Source: Basidiobolus meristosporus CBS 931.73
Lineage: Eukaryota > Fungi > Basidiobolomycota
Direction of reading: 5' to 3'
NCBI GenBank assembly: GCA_002104905.1
Contig: MCFE01000211.1
Span: 1 to 64,000 of the forward strand
Length of the DNA stretch: 64,000 nt
The translations under genes were made by a program, and so were the position numbers. Shown piece by piece: positions 35,099 through 48,170 of this stretch; within the stretch, counting starts at the first letter, position 1, and every line of letters begins with the position of its first letter. The notes beneath the pieces are model-generated. The model saw only the letters and a list, made by a program, of their open reading frames with translations. It searched no databases and was not told the DNA's origin.

Positions 35099-36697
35099 TT
35101 AGGATGAGCCTTTGCGTCGCTTCAGTGTGTCGTATGTGCGAGGCAAGTCAAAATCGACTTGGAAAAATAAGGGATTTGGCAAAACCAGCGGGACCTCGTT
35201 GGCTCTCCTAGTGATCGAGTGTCGCTTAATTGTAGCAAGTAAGATATAGGAATCCATTATATTGGGCGTTGGTGCGGGCGGCTCCACAGAAGTAGGCGCT
35301 GCTTCGGATGTAGGATCATTTGCCCTCTGTCGGGGTACATGGGACATTCTATTGGTGCGTGTTCTCTTGTTGATCTTCAGATGATGCAGCTCCTCCATCA
35401 TGAGACGCTTTTTGTATTCCTGATGGGCGAGGAGTTCCTGCTCTCTGTTCTTCATTTTCTTCTCCGTTAGCTCATGCTTTCGGTGTCGCTTTTCATAAGC
35501 CGCGTTCGAAATATCCTCCTGTTTGTTTGGCCAATTAGTAATAGAGCCATTGAGTGGGGCTTGGCGCAAAGAAAAGGTAGATTACCATATTTTCCGGCTC
35601 CAAGTGTTGTTTTCGTCGACTTCGCCTGATATTCCCTGCGGTAATATCAATCGGCACAAAATGGGGAATCTCTATGTCCATATTAGTCACTCGGACCTGC
35701 TCCTCATATTCTCCACCAACATCCTCGTTAATTTGACATTCTTCTAGAATGGCTTTGTCCTCTGTGATGTAAAAACAAATATCATTCAACCTTATTTCGG
35801 GATGAATCTCTAATAAAAAAATCAATCAAGTTTCAATTTCAAAATGGCAGATCCAGTGCTGTCTGATAGAAACTTACTTGGTATATTGGGCTCAATCCTC
35901 TCATCAGTCGATTTTTTGGAGATCTCCTTGGCATTACTTTCGCGTGCTGGCTCGTCTGGCACGATGGCTTCCGGGGCGAGTGTGCTCACCAGAATGCCTT
36001 TTTGTACCTTCTCTTGTGGCGGAATGGGCTTCTCCGAATGTTTTGGGCTTTTTTGTTTGTTCGCGGGCTTCTTTGCAGATTTATCCGGGGCCTCGGAAGC
36101 CTTGCGTTTGATTTCAGCTGGCTTCTGGCGGGGTTTCTTTGCCTGCGGTTCTGACGGGACAACGTTTTCTTCCTCGATGTTCTCGTTTAATATCAAGGCT
36201 TCTTTGTGCTTCGATTTCTCCTTGGTGTTCAGTTTGCTAGAACTTTTGGACTTCTTGAGTGGCTGGATAGGCTCTGTGGGTGGCGTTTTCGAAGGTTTCT
36301 TCGTCGATTTAGCGCTAGGTTCCTTGATTTTGGCCATTTCAACTGGAGCTGGCAGGTCAGTGGATGTATCAAGTGGAGGTTGTTCGCGTGATTTTCGTTT
36401 GCGTTTTTCCGGACGACTTTTTGGTTTCTCAGATGGCGGTTTTGACTTTACGCCTTTTTGCACCACTTTATCTGGCTTCTTTCTAAAAAAGCAAGTATGA
36501 ATTAGAAGTCGCGCGAAAAAGGTAGAAGACAACAAGTTTTAGAGAGACTAGTGGATTACTGGGAGGAACATCAGGATGACAATCCTCCCCAACAAACAAG
36601 CAAGGAAAAACCAACAAGATGACGGGGAGATTTCCTGGTGACAGTACCTTGGTTGCCGGGTTTCAGAAGGCGGTTTGGGTTGCAGTCTAGTTTTCAT
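35099..36697 (-). CDS. Lys/Pro-rich nuclear protein with C-terminal PEHE/Sas4-like motif (MYST acetyltransferase adaptor-like), multi-exon
   Basis: ATG 36697 (MKTRLQPKP), intron ~36483-36647, K-rich exon, then DIEIPHFVPIDI and EDISNAAYEKRHRKHELTEKKMKNREQELLAHQEY. Confidence 0.7.
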
Positions 36698-37296
36698 ATT
36701 ATGTTATAACGTAGGGATGATGTTTGGGCAACTTTGTGATGACATCAGATGGTTTTGAGCAAAAATACCGCTGTCTACGAAATGAAGTTTGGGAGCTGTG
36801 GACCTTGAGGTGTCTGCCGCAAGCGATATGAATTGGGTCTTTAAAGTAAACACTATGGTAAATCAAAATAAGATAATTCCACAAAGATGCTGTATAAATG
36901 ATCATGTAAAATATGCCAGCAACACTCCTTGAATGACTCCGCAGATTAATATGCAATGTTGATAGCCAACTAGTAGCGCGTTTCCAAACACGTGACGTCA
37001 CATATTTGGAGGTGATTTGTGTGGGTTGGATCAAAGGTGATGAAGATGGATGGCAAGCAGCCAAGAAATATATATCAGTTGTGATTGCATCTTTAGAACA
37101 GTATCCGCTTTGCCACCGCAACAAACATCGAAGATTGATCACTTCCAAGATGAAAGCGTACCTTTTGTCTCGATCGACAATACCATCGAGTAAACTTCAT
37201 CCTTTTGATTAGCATCAATAAAACCATGTTCAAACCTGGTCGACTGGGCTCGATAAATACTCGAGTCACCGGTGGAATCCAAGAAGTGAAGAAGAC

Positions 37297-38283
37297 ATGC
37301 TAGATACTCTTCTGGAGGTAGCAAACCAATTAGAACTTGGCAGTCAGCCCCACATTTGCGAAAGAGCGCGGCATTTGCTCTGGGAGCTAGATGTTCAATT
37401 ATCACGCTTGGTGTTCCCCAAACCAGACATTACCAAGCCGGCTATATGCTTGCAACTAGCGTGTGAAAGGTAAGCTGTTCACTGAACCATTTAGCTTAAG
37501 CACCCAATCAACCAAATCCAGTTTCAAGGAGCATTTCGACCTGCAATCGGCGTATAGATTAACCAGATCCCCACGACTAACGTACATACGCTTGCTAAAT
37601 ACCGCTCGGCTAGCTCTGGGGTTTGATTTGACTTGCCTAAGTAGAATGCTCAAAGAATTCCCGTTCATCAAGCCACATATGCTGCCCGACATCCGGAATA
37701 TCTACTTTACGTTCAGGATTAACTACTCAAAGGCGCTATGGAAGACTGGCCGTGTGGCGAATTGGACGTCTCCGAAATACTTATATATCATAATTTATCT
37801 ATACTGCCAACTATTCCACCCAAACTCACTAAGGTGCAATCCATTGCAGCAGTGCCGGATCCAAATACCAGAATTCGCTAGAACCCTTGAGGTGGTTCAA
37901 CGCTATAGTAGAGATATTCTGAGCCATATACAGTGTCAACTTGAGTTAAGTCTTGAAATCGGTGAGGTCACCAGGGTTTACAGGGGTCGCAAGAGACCCT
38001 GCGTACATCAACAGTCAACTGCTACGGAAAGCGCCAAGATGCCAAAGAGAAGTCACATCACGACAACTGAGCAGACACCGGCCCAGCTTGGAAAATCCCG
38101 GCACATACCAAGGAGGACGGTAGGTTTGGCATGAAGGCTTCTGTAAGCTATCTGTACTAAGCACAAATTTAGATGCAACACCAGTACTTTAGAGAAACGC
38201 AGGACTACCGCGATTATCTTATCTGGAAGCGGCGGATTATTCAGCAATTCTCAGGTGAAGACAAACAATCACCGCCAGTATGA
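37297..38283 (+). CDS. ORC6: Origin recognition complex subunit 6, 3 exons
   Basis: Introns 37470-37521 and 38120-38172 give MLDTLLEVANQLELG..ERARHLL..KPAICLQLACES..LALG..TQDYRDYLIWKRRIIQQF, matching the ORC6 N-terminus and the C-terminal DY..WK..I helix. Confidence 0.82.
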
Positions 38284-38484
38284 TCATGACATGCGGAGGG
38301 TGAATGAAACAGGGTGTCTGACAGCGCTACCAAGAATGTAGCACTCTGCCCATCAATGCACTCAGGCTAGCTATCACTCAGCACACCTGCTGATTTTTAT
38401 TCAATAAAGGAAATGATTTTGAATGCTGCGACGTCACCAATATTCTATTTGCTACCGAAAACCGTTTATTTGTTCTAAAACTGG

Positions 38485-39470
38485 TTATTGTTTCAAACTC
38501 TTGCGATCACTCACCCAGGATTTCACCTTGTCACCACCGAAAACAATGCACACGGTCTGCCAAATGCCGAGGCCGATACGAGGAGTGACCCCGCGGTAGA
38601 ATCCCTTCATTCCATGACTTTCGTAGATATACTTGGCTGCCGAGGAGATTGTCATCTTATCTGGGCGTCCTGGGCTCTTGATTTGAGATTGCATTTCCAC
38701 ACGAATCACCTCGATCGGTTGATTCCAGCAGGAAAGCGCGCCTGCCACGGCCGAGGCACCAATCTTCTCCAGGTTGGTTAGAGGAGTATGGCTATCCGTA
38801 CTTTGACGGAATTTCATGATCATCCCTTCAGCAAGACGAGACAGACCGAACCGACTACCCCAATTGGTGCACTGGCGTACAGCTACTGCATTCACTCCCT
38901 TGTTGATTCCTCGAATCCCCTCTCTTCGGATAACATCGGCAGCTACGGTCCAGGTGGATGTTTTAGGCCCGGCCTCCTTTTGTCGAGTGATCTCCACAGT
39001 CTTCATGAAAGTACAGAATCCCATGGTAAAGTATGCCTGGGTCAGGCCACCAACCATGCCTCCACTAATGCCAGCTACTGCCGGTGAGAAGCCCCAAGTG
39101 CTCATCCGATACTCGACCTCTGACGCAGTAAACATCAGGCAGGCACCTTTTGTGCTGGCCTCGATCCACGCCCATGGAATTAGTCCTTGGTAAAAACCTG
39201 TGAATCCACCTCTCTGCCAGATCTTTTTGAAGGCAGTTGTAAGGTTATCATTGCGATTGGCAGCAAGGTGTGTCTTCAGTACTTCAAAGGGTTGACTAAG
39301 GGTGGTCACCTCAAACAATGTCACTCCAGCACCTATACTGTTGCTCGCGTGTTATCTCAAAGAAGGGTACATGACTAGAGTAGAAAGCTGACTTACGCTA
39401 AGTTGGACCAGGAGACGTTCTTTTTTACAACGGGTGTCTGGAGAGGAGAGACAACGACAGTTTGATTCAT
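38485..39470 (-). CDS. YHM2: Mitochondrial citrate/oxoglutarate carrier, one intron
   Basis: SWSNL.. GAG..LFEVTTLSQPFEVLKT, GFYQGLIPWAWIEASTKGA, WNQPIEVIRVEMQS, GFYRGVTPRIGLG. Confidence 0.92.
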
Positions 39471-40095
39471 GATGTGATGAGCCTTGGCCAAGTTGGGGTA
39501 TGTGTGGAGGATGACTGCGCAGTATATATATATATGTGTCGCCTTGAATAATCTCCTAGTTGGAGGAGACCTATGGACAAGTCGAGGAGATCTAATGAAA
39601 CCGATTTATACGCGGGAAGTATTGCTTAATGCGAATCTTTTCGATGCCTGCAATAAAAGGGGTGCTCTAGTGTATCTCGAGTGGGAGAGTGGATTGGGTA
39701 GTATAAGAGATATACAAATATGTATCAGCTGGCATTATTCAGGCCAAAGTAGTACCCGTTTTCTGTTACACAGAGTCTGGAGATAAACCTAACCACTCGG
39801 TGCTACATGGATAATTTCTGATTAATCATTCGGGTAAAATGGTGGGTTAACACATACCCAACGGTGACAGGTACGTGGAATGCAATTAATCACAGACCAG
39901 CTGCGTTATAAAAGGATGTCCGATGTCTACTCCCCAATCGGTGTTCTGGGCAAGGTGTGTCAAATAATTCCCACTAAGCATCCGAATTTTGGAACCGATA
40001 TGTCATCAAACAATGGTTGTAGTAGCGAGCCGAGAAACAATGCTCTCATTTACTCATTTATACCGGCCAGCAAAGAATAATCCAATAGTAGATAT

Positions 40096-40136
40096 GATAA
40101 TCCTAGTCAACAGTGGATAATCCCAGTCAACAGTGG
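40096..40136. repeat. 20-bp tandem duplication
   Basis: gataatcctagtcaacagtg / gataatcccagtcaacagtg. Confidence 0.75.
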
Positions 40137-40231
40137 GTGAACTGAAGCATATTTATATTCCAACACAATCATGATGAGTCACACGGGAATCGGGGGCTTT
40201 ATTAGTGATATATTATCGAAGTGCAATCGGC

Positions 40232-41367
40232 TCATAATTTTTCTTGTGCGAACCCAATCTGGCATTTGTAACCCTCCTCTACAACATCTAATAGCTTGAC
40301 TACTGTCCTAATGCTATTGGGGGACTGGCGTGCAAAGATCTCCTGAGCGTCCCGAGCGATTTTTTCGAAATTGTCAGTGGCTAGGGCAAGGACGGTGGGA
40401 CCTGCGCCACTCAAGCAAATCCCCACCAGGCCTGGGTGGGAGCTTGGTGTCATCGTTTCTATAATCTCGGGTAGTCCAGGTATCTGGAGATTGAATGGGA
40501 TTTAACAGGCTGATAAAATCAGAGCTGGAACTGTGGTCTGACATACCAAGTGTTTGCGATATGGTTGATGTATTTTGTCCTGCATAGCTTCATAAATCTT
40601 CTCAACATTTGGAGGGGAGTGACTCAATGCATTGGCGAGAATCGTCAGCCGTTGCAAATTAAAGATCTGACAGTAATTAATGTGCGGCTTCGCGAGCCTG
40701 ACGACTTATTGAACGAAGTACTAACCACATCCTCCTTCTGATAATTTACGGGCAACGCCTTCCTGGCCTTTTCAGTCGCTAGCTCAAACTGCGGGATGAT
40801 TGCAATTGCTTTAATCTCTTTCGCCCAGCCTAAGCGCGCGTAGGAGCCAACTCCAACTGGAGGCTGAGTGTCGTTTGTTTGTGGGGGATTGCGCAAGTAG
40901 CCCGCCACGAAGCCTCCCATAAGTGCGGCAACAACATTATCTGGGTGACTCTCGATTTGCAAAATGTAATCCAACATCCTCTCTTTGCTAAGATTCAAGT
41001 TCCCAACAAAGTTGGCCAGTGCTACACCAGCGACTACCGCGGATCCAGAGGAACCCAAGCCTCGACCTAATGGGATGGGGTTGTTGATGTGGATAGCAAT
41101 AGGCTTTGGGAGATCAAGACCGAAGCACGATAAAACATACAGTGCAGTCTTGGTGATTAGGTTTTTCTCTGGGATTAGACACATTGTCTCAGCACCATCA
41201 CCTTCGTATGTGAGTTTCACCGAGGCTTCATTATCGAGGCCGGGTGGATAGACGGTCACCTCTACAGTCAGATACAGGGACAGAGCAAGTCCAAGCACAT
41301 CAAACCCTGGACCAATGTTAGCCGAAGTAGCTGGTACAGTGATTTTTGCATAAGAGGTGCGAGTCAT
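40232..41367 (-). CDS. THR1: Homoserine kinase (GHMP family), 3 exons
   Basis: VPATSANIGPGFDVLG, PLGRGLGSSG, ESHPDNV, MQDKIHQPYR, CLSGAGPT. Confidence 0.95.
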
Positions 41368-41472
41368 GGCAACTGATAGGAGGAAGGTTGTATACAAAAC
41401 CTACCTACCACTAGCATCTTTATATAAAGTGATGCTAAAGAGTAGGGCGATTAGATTTGATATCTCAACAAC

Positions 41473-41685
41473 TCATGTTACACAAGATTTGCTTGCACTG
41501 GGATCTATCTGGTCGTAGATTAGATCCACCTGCGCATTCTGATAAATGCAACAAAAGAAACGACATACTTTGTTGGTTACATCATTCCCAGTTGACCTTG
41601 ACCCATTGGATGATTCCCCGGTGTCACTAATGCCTCTGTCGCGTGCACTCGATGATGCATGAAGGTTTTTTTTGAATGTTTCCAT
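41473..41685 (-). CDS. Candidate ~50-aa spliced microprotein or upstream ORF
   Basis: A-rich ATG context (cacaaacgaaaATG) and a canonical in-frame 60-nt intron 41509-41568 (GTATGT..CTAAT..CAG). No homology recognised. Confidence 0.3.
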   Translation of the reverse strand: METFKKNLHASSSARDRGISDTGESSNGSRSTGNDVTNKVCRFFCCIYQNAQVDLIYDQIDPSASKSCVT

Positions 41686-42570
41686 TTTCGTTTGTGTTGA
41701 AGTTTATTTCTCTCGTCATGAACGTTCTTCTCGTATGGTGTTGTGTGGTTGGCAAAAAGTGAGGCGAAAACAATTGGCGATTCCCATATTATCAACCATG
41801 ATTGGCTAATTTTGAGATAACCTTTTGGTGTTGACCAGATCACGCAGTAAGACCGTTGAGTAGGTGTGCAGTAAAAATAGGATCATGGGCGAGGAATTAC
41901 CGAGCTTCCGTGTGGAAGAACAGTTAAACCTAAGGCTGATGTAGAGTCGTACCGTGTCTTCCTGAGGCTGGAGTCAATGACTCTTATGTGACAGAGACTC
42001 GGGTTAGTGGTTTTGTGTCGAATCGAGTTTGACAGTGTGAGGGTCAGTACACTCAGCATCCCCACTCAACATACACAACTGCAAGTATCTATACTCAACC
42101 TTTGTTAACCGAATAAATCGCATCCCGGGACAGGGAATATACTAGATTGCTAGTCAAACACAAATTGAGTGTTTAAAATAAGAAATTGAATGTAAACCAG
42201 ACATCGAATAATACTCCACAAATTGAATAACAATCATATTTATGAACCGCAATTACACCATCAACCCTACTCTAATCCAATGCCAATGCATTTGATGATT
42301 AGCGGTTGAGACAGGGTGGATCGAACCAACCACCATTTTTTCTCACGACTCCATCTCCTAACACACAGTATAGTTCAATCCGGCCGAATGTCTAGGGAAA
42401 ATATCGGAGTCTAGATCAATAGCATTCGATCCAAGCCTACTATAGAAATCCATCCAACGGATTCAAAATTTTAATTCGCGCCTTCTCTCTATTCTGGACT
42501 AATCCTTCATCAATTTTGATTGGTAGAATCGTAGGGGAGTCATCTATATAAGGTTCCCCAACAACATTTC

Positions 42571-43935
42571 ATGAGAATCACACTAATGAATTCAAATATG
42601 CATCTATCACCTTTAGCTACAAGAGGAGTCTTGCGTTGGATCAAAGATGATATCCAAACACTTACGTCCTGTGTCCTAGTTGACCAGCTCTGGAGTCATT
42701 GCGCAATCGACTTCCTGTATCGTAACCCCTGGAGATTTCTTGTATCCGACGATTCCGACAAGCAAGCGAAAGCACTCATCAAACTGCTCAGGACGTTGGA
42801 AAGAAGCGTCAAAACACCGTATCTTCACTACCATACACACTTGAAAGCCATTGACCTTGGCTGGATCGAATCGGTTCTGGGCTCCAACTGCAACCGTACA
42901 GCTTATGGTAATCAGATCGCCCAGTTATTGTGGTCACTGATTTCCAGCGAGTGCTCTGGCAGTCTTGTCGATCTCCGGACATACAATACCTCACTTGCAG
43001 GCCTCTTACCAGGTAGCCTGGTCCTCCCATCTTTGAAAACACTATCGGCCCATGCCGATACCCTGGACGAAGCTGCTGCATCCACTATTCTACGAGCATG
43101 CCCCAGTCTACGCCACCTACGTATTAACACCGAGGTGATGTATGGTGAGCAACTGGCTCGAGTCATTGTTGAGCTGGGTGAGAATAGGTTGGAGGAACTG
43201 CAAATCAAATGCACCACCGTCTCTACTCTCCACACTGCTGTTGAAGCGCTGGCTGATCATCAAAACGAAAGCCTCACATCTCTGTCAATCGACGTTGATC
43301 GTTTCCACATAAACCAAATCAATGAAGTCGACGCTCAACAGATCTGCTGCGCTTTTGCCAGATTAAGGGAGTGTTCCAACCTTCAAAGGCTCCAACTTCG
43401 CGGCTTGGCACATCTGAACGATGACTGTATGACTCAGATCTTCAATCATACTTGGCGTCTACAGGAGGTGGCGCTGGAAGGCCTTAGCATCACCAGCATT
43501 ACTTGGAATCGTCTATTGGCCAAATCCTCGGAGCACCTGAAGTGCTTGACCTTGAACTCCAGAGATGGAAATATCACCAGCGTGCTTCCAGCCCTCAAGA
43601 AGTTTGGCAAAGGGCTGTCCTCGTTAGATGTCAGCGGCATGGTGCTCCTTCCAAAGGAGTTCCAAGAAATGCTCGCTTGTTGCCCCCAGTTACGGGAACT
43701 ATATCTTGGCCAGTTCAAGAACGTGAACTCCCATGTTGGCGATCGCCTTGTGTTCGAAGTTTTGTTTAGGTGCCCACTGGCACATACACTCAACCTCGGT
43801 GACCTTAAATTCACGAAACATGGTCTTACATGGCTGGCTGGCAAATCACATCTGAAGGAAGTGACTGCCTCTAAATCAGTGGAGAAATTTATCAAAACCA
43901 ACCAGCTACCCAATTGCAAGCTAAGACTTTTGTAG
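42571..43935 (+). CDS. F-box-like / RNI-type LRR protein, intronless
   Basis: TLTSCVLVDQLWSHCAIDFLYRNPW motif, LRRs (CPSLRHLRI, LQRLQL, CPQLRELYL), TATA ~42545. Confidence 0.85.
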   Translation: MRITLMNSNMHLSPLATRGVLRWIKDDIQTLTSCVLVDQLWSHCAIDFLYRNPWRFLVSDDSDKQAKALIKLLRTLERSVKTPYLHYHTHLKAIDLGWIESVLGSNCNRTAYGNQIAQLLWSLISSECSGSLVDLRTYNTSLAGLLPGSLVLPSLKTLSAHADTLDEAAASTILRACPSLRHLRINTEVMYGEQLARVIVELGENRLEELQIKCTTVSTLHTAVEALADHQNESLTSLSIDVDRFHINQINEVDAQQICCAFARLRECSNLQRLQLRGLAHLNDDCMTQIFNHTWRLQEVALEGLSITSITWNRLLAKSSEHLKCLTLNSRDGNITSVLPALKKFGKGLSSLDVSGMVLLPKEFQEMLACCPQLRELYLGQFKNVNSHVGDRLVFEVLFRCPLAHTLNLGDLKFTKHGLTWLAGKSHLKEVTASKSVEKFIKTNQLPNCKLRLL

Positions 43936-44384
43936 GTTAATTCTTGGCTAACCTAATCACCAAGTTTCGGCATCGACATGATAGGCTGGCAACATCATCT
44001 AATAGTGCTATAATATAGAACACATTAATGTACAATAAACCATTCATTTAATCCAAATCCCAGCCAACTTGACTGCAATCCGTCTTCTAACCATGAAATG
44101 GGCACCACCCCTCGCTGATTTCTGGGGAGGACCCACCCACGTAAACTCCAACATTCAACAGCTGCTGGGTCTATGTGTGGGTTTGGACTGATTTTCATTT
44201 GGAAATGCTTTCCTTCGTACTTAAGCCTCAAATTTTGGGGAATCAATACGGCCCCACACGTGACAGACACCCCAGTAAGGTGGCCGGGCTCTGAGGAACT
44301 ACTCAAGTAACTTGGCTGGTTGACATATCTGCCTTTGTCACCTGAATACTTCGGCTAGTCTTCCAAATTTGCCTTACTCCGAAA

Positions 44385-45560
44385 ATGTTCGCTGTCACTC
44401 GCGTTGCCACTACCGCCTCTCGCGGCGCTGCTAGGTACTGTAACCTCTTCAATGTTTGCGTTTGTACAGCCCATTTGACCAACCCAGCGGGATTCGATAC
44501 CGACTTGTGTGTTTGGGTGGAGAGGGGATTATTTGAGAATGTGGAATGCTTCGAAGTTATTTGTTATACGTCTGTCGAATATCCTTAGCTAACCGAGGTT
44601 TTGTCTTATCGAATGTAGCATCCAAACCAGAAACATGGCCACCCTTAAAGAAAGTAAGTCGATTCTTCAGCGCCCAACCTGTTTTCCGAAAACTAACCCC
44701 TGGTCTAATAGTTCAGCTTCGTCTCAAGTCGGTTTCTAACATCGCCAAGATCACCAAATCCATGAAGATGATTGCTTCCACCAAACTCAACCGTGCCCAA
44801 AGAAACATGAACAATGCCCGTGTCTATGGCAAAACCGCTGTTGGTATGGGGATTATATTAGGGTATTTCATCACAGCACCAACTCACAGTACGATATTTC
44901 CTAGAAATTTACAAGCAATCCGAGGTTAGCTCCCCTGCTGATGCCAAGGAGGTTTTCATCACTGTTTCCTCTGATCGTGGTCTCTGCGGTGGTATTCACA
45001 GCAGTGTGTCCAAGGCTACCAAGAACTTGCTTGCTACCAAGCCCGAATCTCCTATTGTTGTTTTGGGTGACAAGGCCAAGCCTCAGATCGCCCGTAGTGC
45101 CAAGGAAAGCATTGCTTTGTCCTTCAACCAACTGGGCAAAGCCAACCCCACCTTCAGCGAAGCCTGCGCCATCGTTGATACCATGAGAACCTCCGATGTT
45201 GAATTCGACACCGCCCAAATCATCTACAACAAGTTTACATCTGCCATCGCCTACGAGGCCGATACCATCCCAGTATACTCCGAGGAGGTCATCAAGACCG
45301 GTCCTAAATTCGCCGAATATGAACTAGAGGAAGATGAGGTCCTTCAAAACTTGAAGGAGTTCACCTTCGCCAACGCACTTTACTGGGGTCTTGCCGAAGG
45401 CCACGCTTCCGAGATGTCCGCCAAGATGACTGCTATGGAGAACGCCACCAAGAACGCCGGTGAGATGATCGACAAACTTACCCTAACCTATAACCGTGGT
45501 CGTCAAGCCGTCATTACCAACGAGTTGATTGACATTATCACCGGTGCCTCCGCCCTCTAA
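44385..45560 (+). CDS. ATP3: Mitochondrial F1-ATP synthase gamma subunit, multi-exon
   Basis: Presequence, ATLKE|[76 protein letters not shown]. Confidence 0.97.
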
Positions 45561-46415
45561 ACCCTCCCATCAATCATATATTTTCATTAAAGTATCTCAC
45601 GTCTTCATTTCCTAAAGGTTCCCCACCTATGCTTCCGCTTTAGATTTGTTAAAGTTGTCTCGTACCGAGAGGGTGATCGGAATTTAGGTGATACTCTTCA
45701 TGGTCCAACATCAGCAAGTCATCTAAATGTAACATGCATGCATAATTCCAATTTTTTCCTAGTTCCAAATAAAATGCGAAAGCCATCATGGAGCAGCAGA
45801 ATCAGTCGTGATCGAGACTAATGTCGAACAAGCAAGTCTACTGGCGTGGTCCAATTGAGGGATTTGGAATGATGCTCTTCAGCCGAAGATCCGCATTGAT
45901 CAGTTAAGTGAATACAGTCGAGAGTTACACTTGGGGATCAAAGACATGAAATGGTTCTCAAACCATTGCACGACTGAGTGTGAATCCAGTACTCCCTTGT
46001 CCACTGCATCCATCACTTCCTATGCTATTGGGCCTAAACATGGCCAATGGGGGATGGTACTGTCGGGGGCTGTTAAGTGTCCGTTCGGCTGATCAAAATA
46101 TACCGATTTTTCTCATACTCCGCAAGAATCTAGTGACTGTCTCAATAAGCCACACGTTGATCCTGATGCTATTGGTATGGTCGATTTTATAAGAAACGTT
46201 TGGAAAAATGTACATATTTGAAGAGGGGAAATTTTGGGTGGAGCCAGGAGGCCGATTTTAAGTGGTTAGTGGTCATGAAATGTACTTTCTGGATTGCTGG
46301 GCTGTGTTTATGAAGAAACCATACATTCGGGGGACTTTTACATTAAGGGAGACACCAGGGCGGGGGTTTCGAAGAGGTGGAGGTGAAGAATCGGGCACTG
46401 ACGCAGATTCTTCTT

Positions 46416-46718
46416 TTAAATAAAACTGGACTTGTAGTCGGAGCCACCTAGGTGAAAATTGGGCGGTGATATCTTATTGCTCCTCCCTCTAGAGATGTAG
46501 GTGACTGGAGAGAGTGGCGGGGATGGTAGATACGCTTTAAACGACGGGCTTCGCACACCAGTAGTGCTGAAAGCGTTGGATCGTTTGCGTTGGTAAGTAA
46601 GACCAGCTGGAACCATATCCAGAGTTGCGGAATCTTGAAGACGACACATGGCGCTACAATATAAATCATCATCAAAAGCGACGTGCTTGTCACAAACTGT
46701 ACACCAGTTGGTATCCAT
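46416..46718 (-). CDS. Ecl1/2/3-family small zinc-binding protein, paralogue A
   Basis: WCTVCDK..LYCSAMCRLQD four-Cys motif followed by a Ser/Pro-rich tail. Confidence 0.85.
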   Translation of the reverse strand: MDTNWCTVCDKHVAFDDDLYCSAMCRLQDSATLDMVPAGLTYQRKRSNAFSTTGVRSPSFKAYLPSPPLSPVTYISRGRSNKISPPNFHLGGSDYKSSFI

Positions 46719-48170
46719 GTTATACGTAGAGTATCGGGAACTGCGACGCTGAATTAAATACTACTGCGGGAGCAAATTATGGCAAGCCGAATAGAAAACG
46801 CCCTCAAGTGACTTAAGGAGAGGAAAGGTCTATACAATCGCTATGGTTGGCGGCGAAGAGGCCGGTTCGGCCAAGGGCGAATATTTATAAAGCTTGGTGC
46901 TAACCGTGAGCACGACTTGCTCTAATCCAATCGTGTGATTGATGGCAAGAATGTGATCTGAATTGACATCACTCCTCCTATCACTTGATTTAGTTAAGAC
47001 GAGTGAAGAATGAGTGGCTGTTAATGAAGTTTTTAATATCTTCACATCAAGCCCAAACCCACCATCATCCTGAAACCGACTCTGAATGGCTTAATACTGA
47101 TATCTTGGAATGCCTGTAATAATCACCACATGCACGACATTAATCATCGCATTCACCCTGGGTATCAACAACAATGTCAGTGAACGGTCACCATGGCTGT
47201 GCTCGCTGTAGTAACTTTGACAAGGATGCTTAAACGTATGACAGGTGCAACATTCGGTATAGATGCGAGTAAGCAGTGGGTAATTCGCAAGAGGAACCCA
47301 CAGCGTTATCCTCGTAGCAGATTTGCTCTCGCTCTGATCAACACCTATGGCGAAACTGCGTTACCCTACAGGCGCGTGTATGCTCGTCGAACCTGAAATC
47401 ATTAATTTCTCTTGAAAATGGTACCTGTTGGTGGCCAAATGACGTCTTGACGCTGCGACGTCATTGCGAACTACTCACTGTTTGTTACGAGGGGAGCTGT
47501 GAAGTCACCTGCAATGGCGTCATCCAGTGATTGGCTTCATTTATGTTGACTAATAAATTTACGCACCATTGGAATGATTTAATCGCAATGGATATCAGCA
47601 ATTTTATCTATCTGATAACAAGATTATCGAATGACGAAGATTTCCGCTCCAATCGACTCTTGCTTAGGATAGGGAGATTTCGGAGGTCAAATCTTCTTGT
47701 ATATTTATATATATGCAATTTACTGTACAATATGAACACCAAATGAGGAAAATTATGGGCGAGGATCGCGTGATACATGGAACTAGACAAGGCGGGAAAA
47801 CTAGTGTGGAAATAAGGTCAAGATGCGCCGAATACAGTAGAGCCGAGGGCGGGCGAGCGTCGTAAGCGGATGGGATTTGCGAATGGTGGGTGAGAGCGGG
47901 ATGTTGCCTATCCGCCTCACAGGTTGTCCGCCATCGAACCATATCCACCCGCAAGGGAGTTTTTCACAACGGTTGTTTATGTAATAGCGCAATTGTAGGA
48001 AGCTATGATATGTAGGGGTTTTTGGGATTTTGGAATTTTTTTCCATTTTACAGAATTAGGTGTGGTGTGGGGTCGGAATGAAACGAACGCATCGATTGAA
48101 AGAAACGAAGAAACTGTACAAAGATTCAAAAATAGAGTAACTCACTGAATTGATAAAAAATGTCCATGGG

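Noticed and set aside
37139-38247. Minus-strand ORF fragments
   Set aside because: Antisense to ORC6; splicing them gives early stops
41473-41490. CaaX pheromone-like C-terminus
   Set aside because: Ends CVT-stop, with Cys third from the end, so it is not a CaaX box
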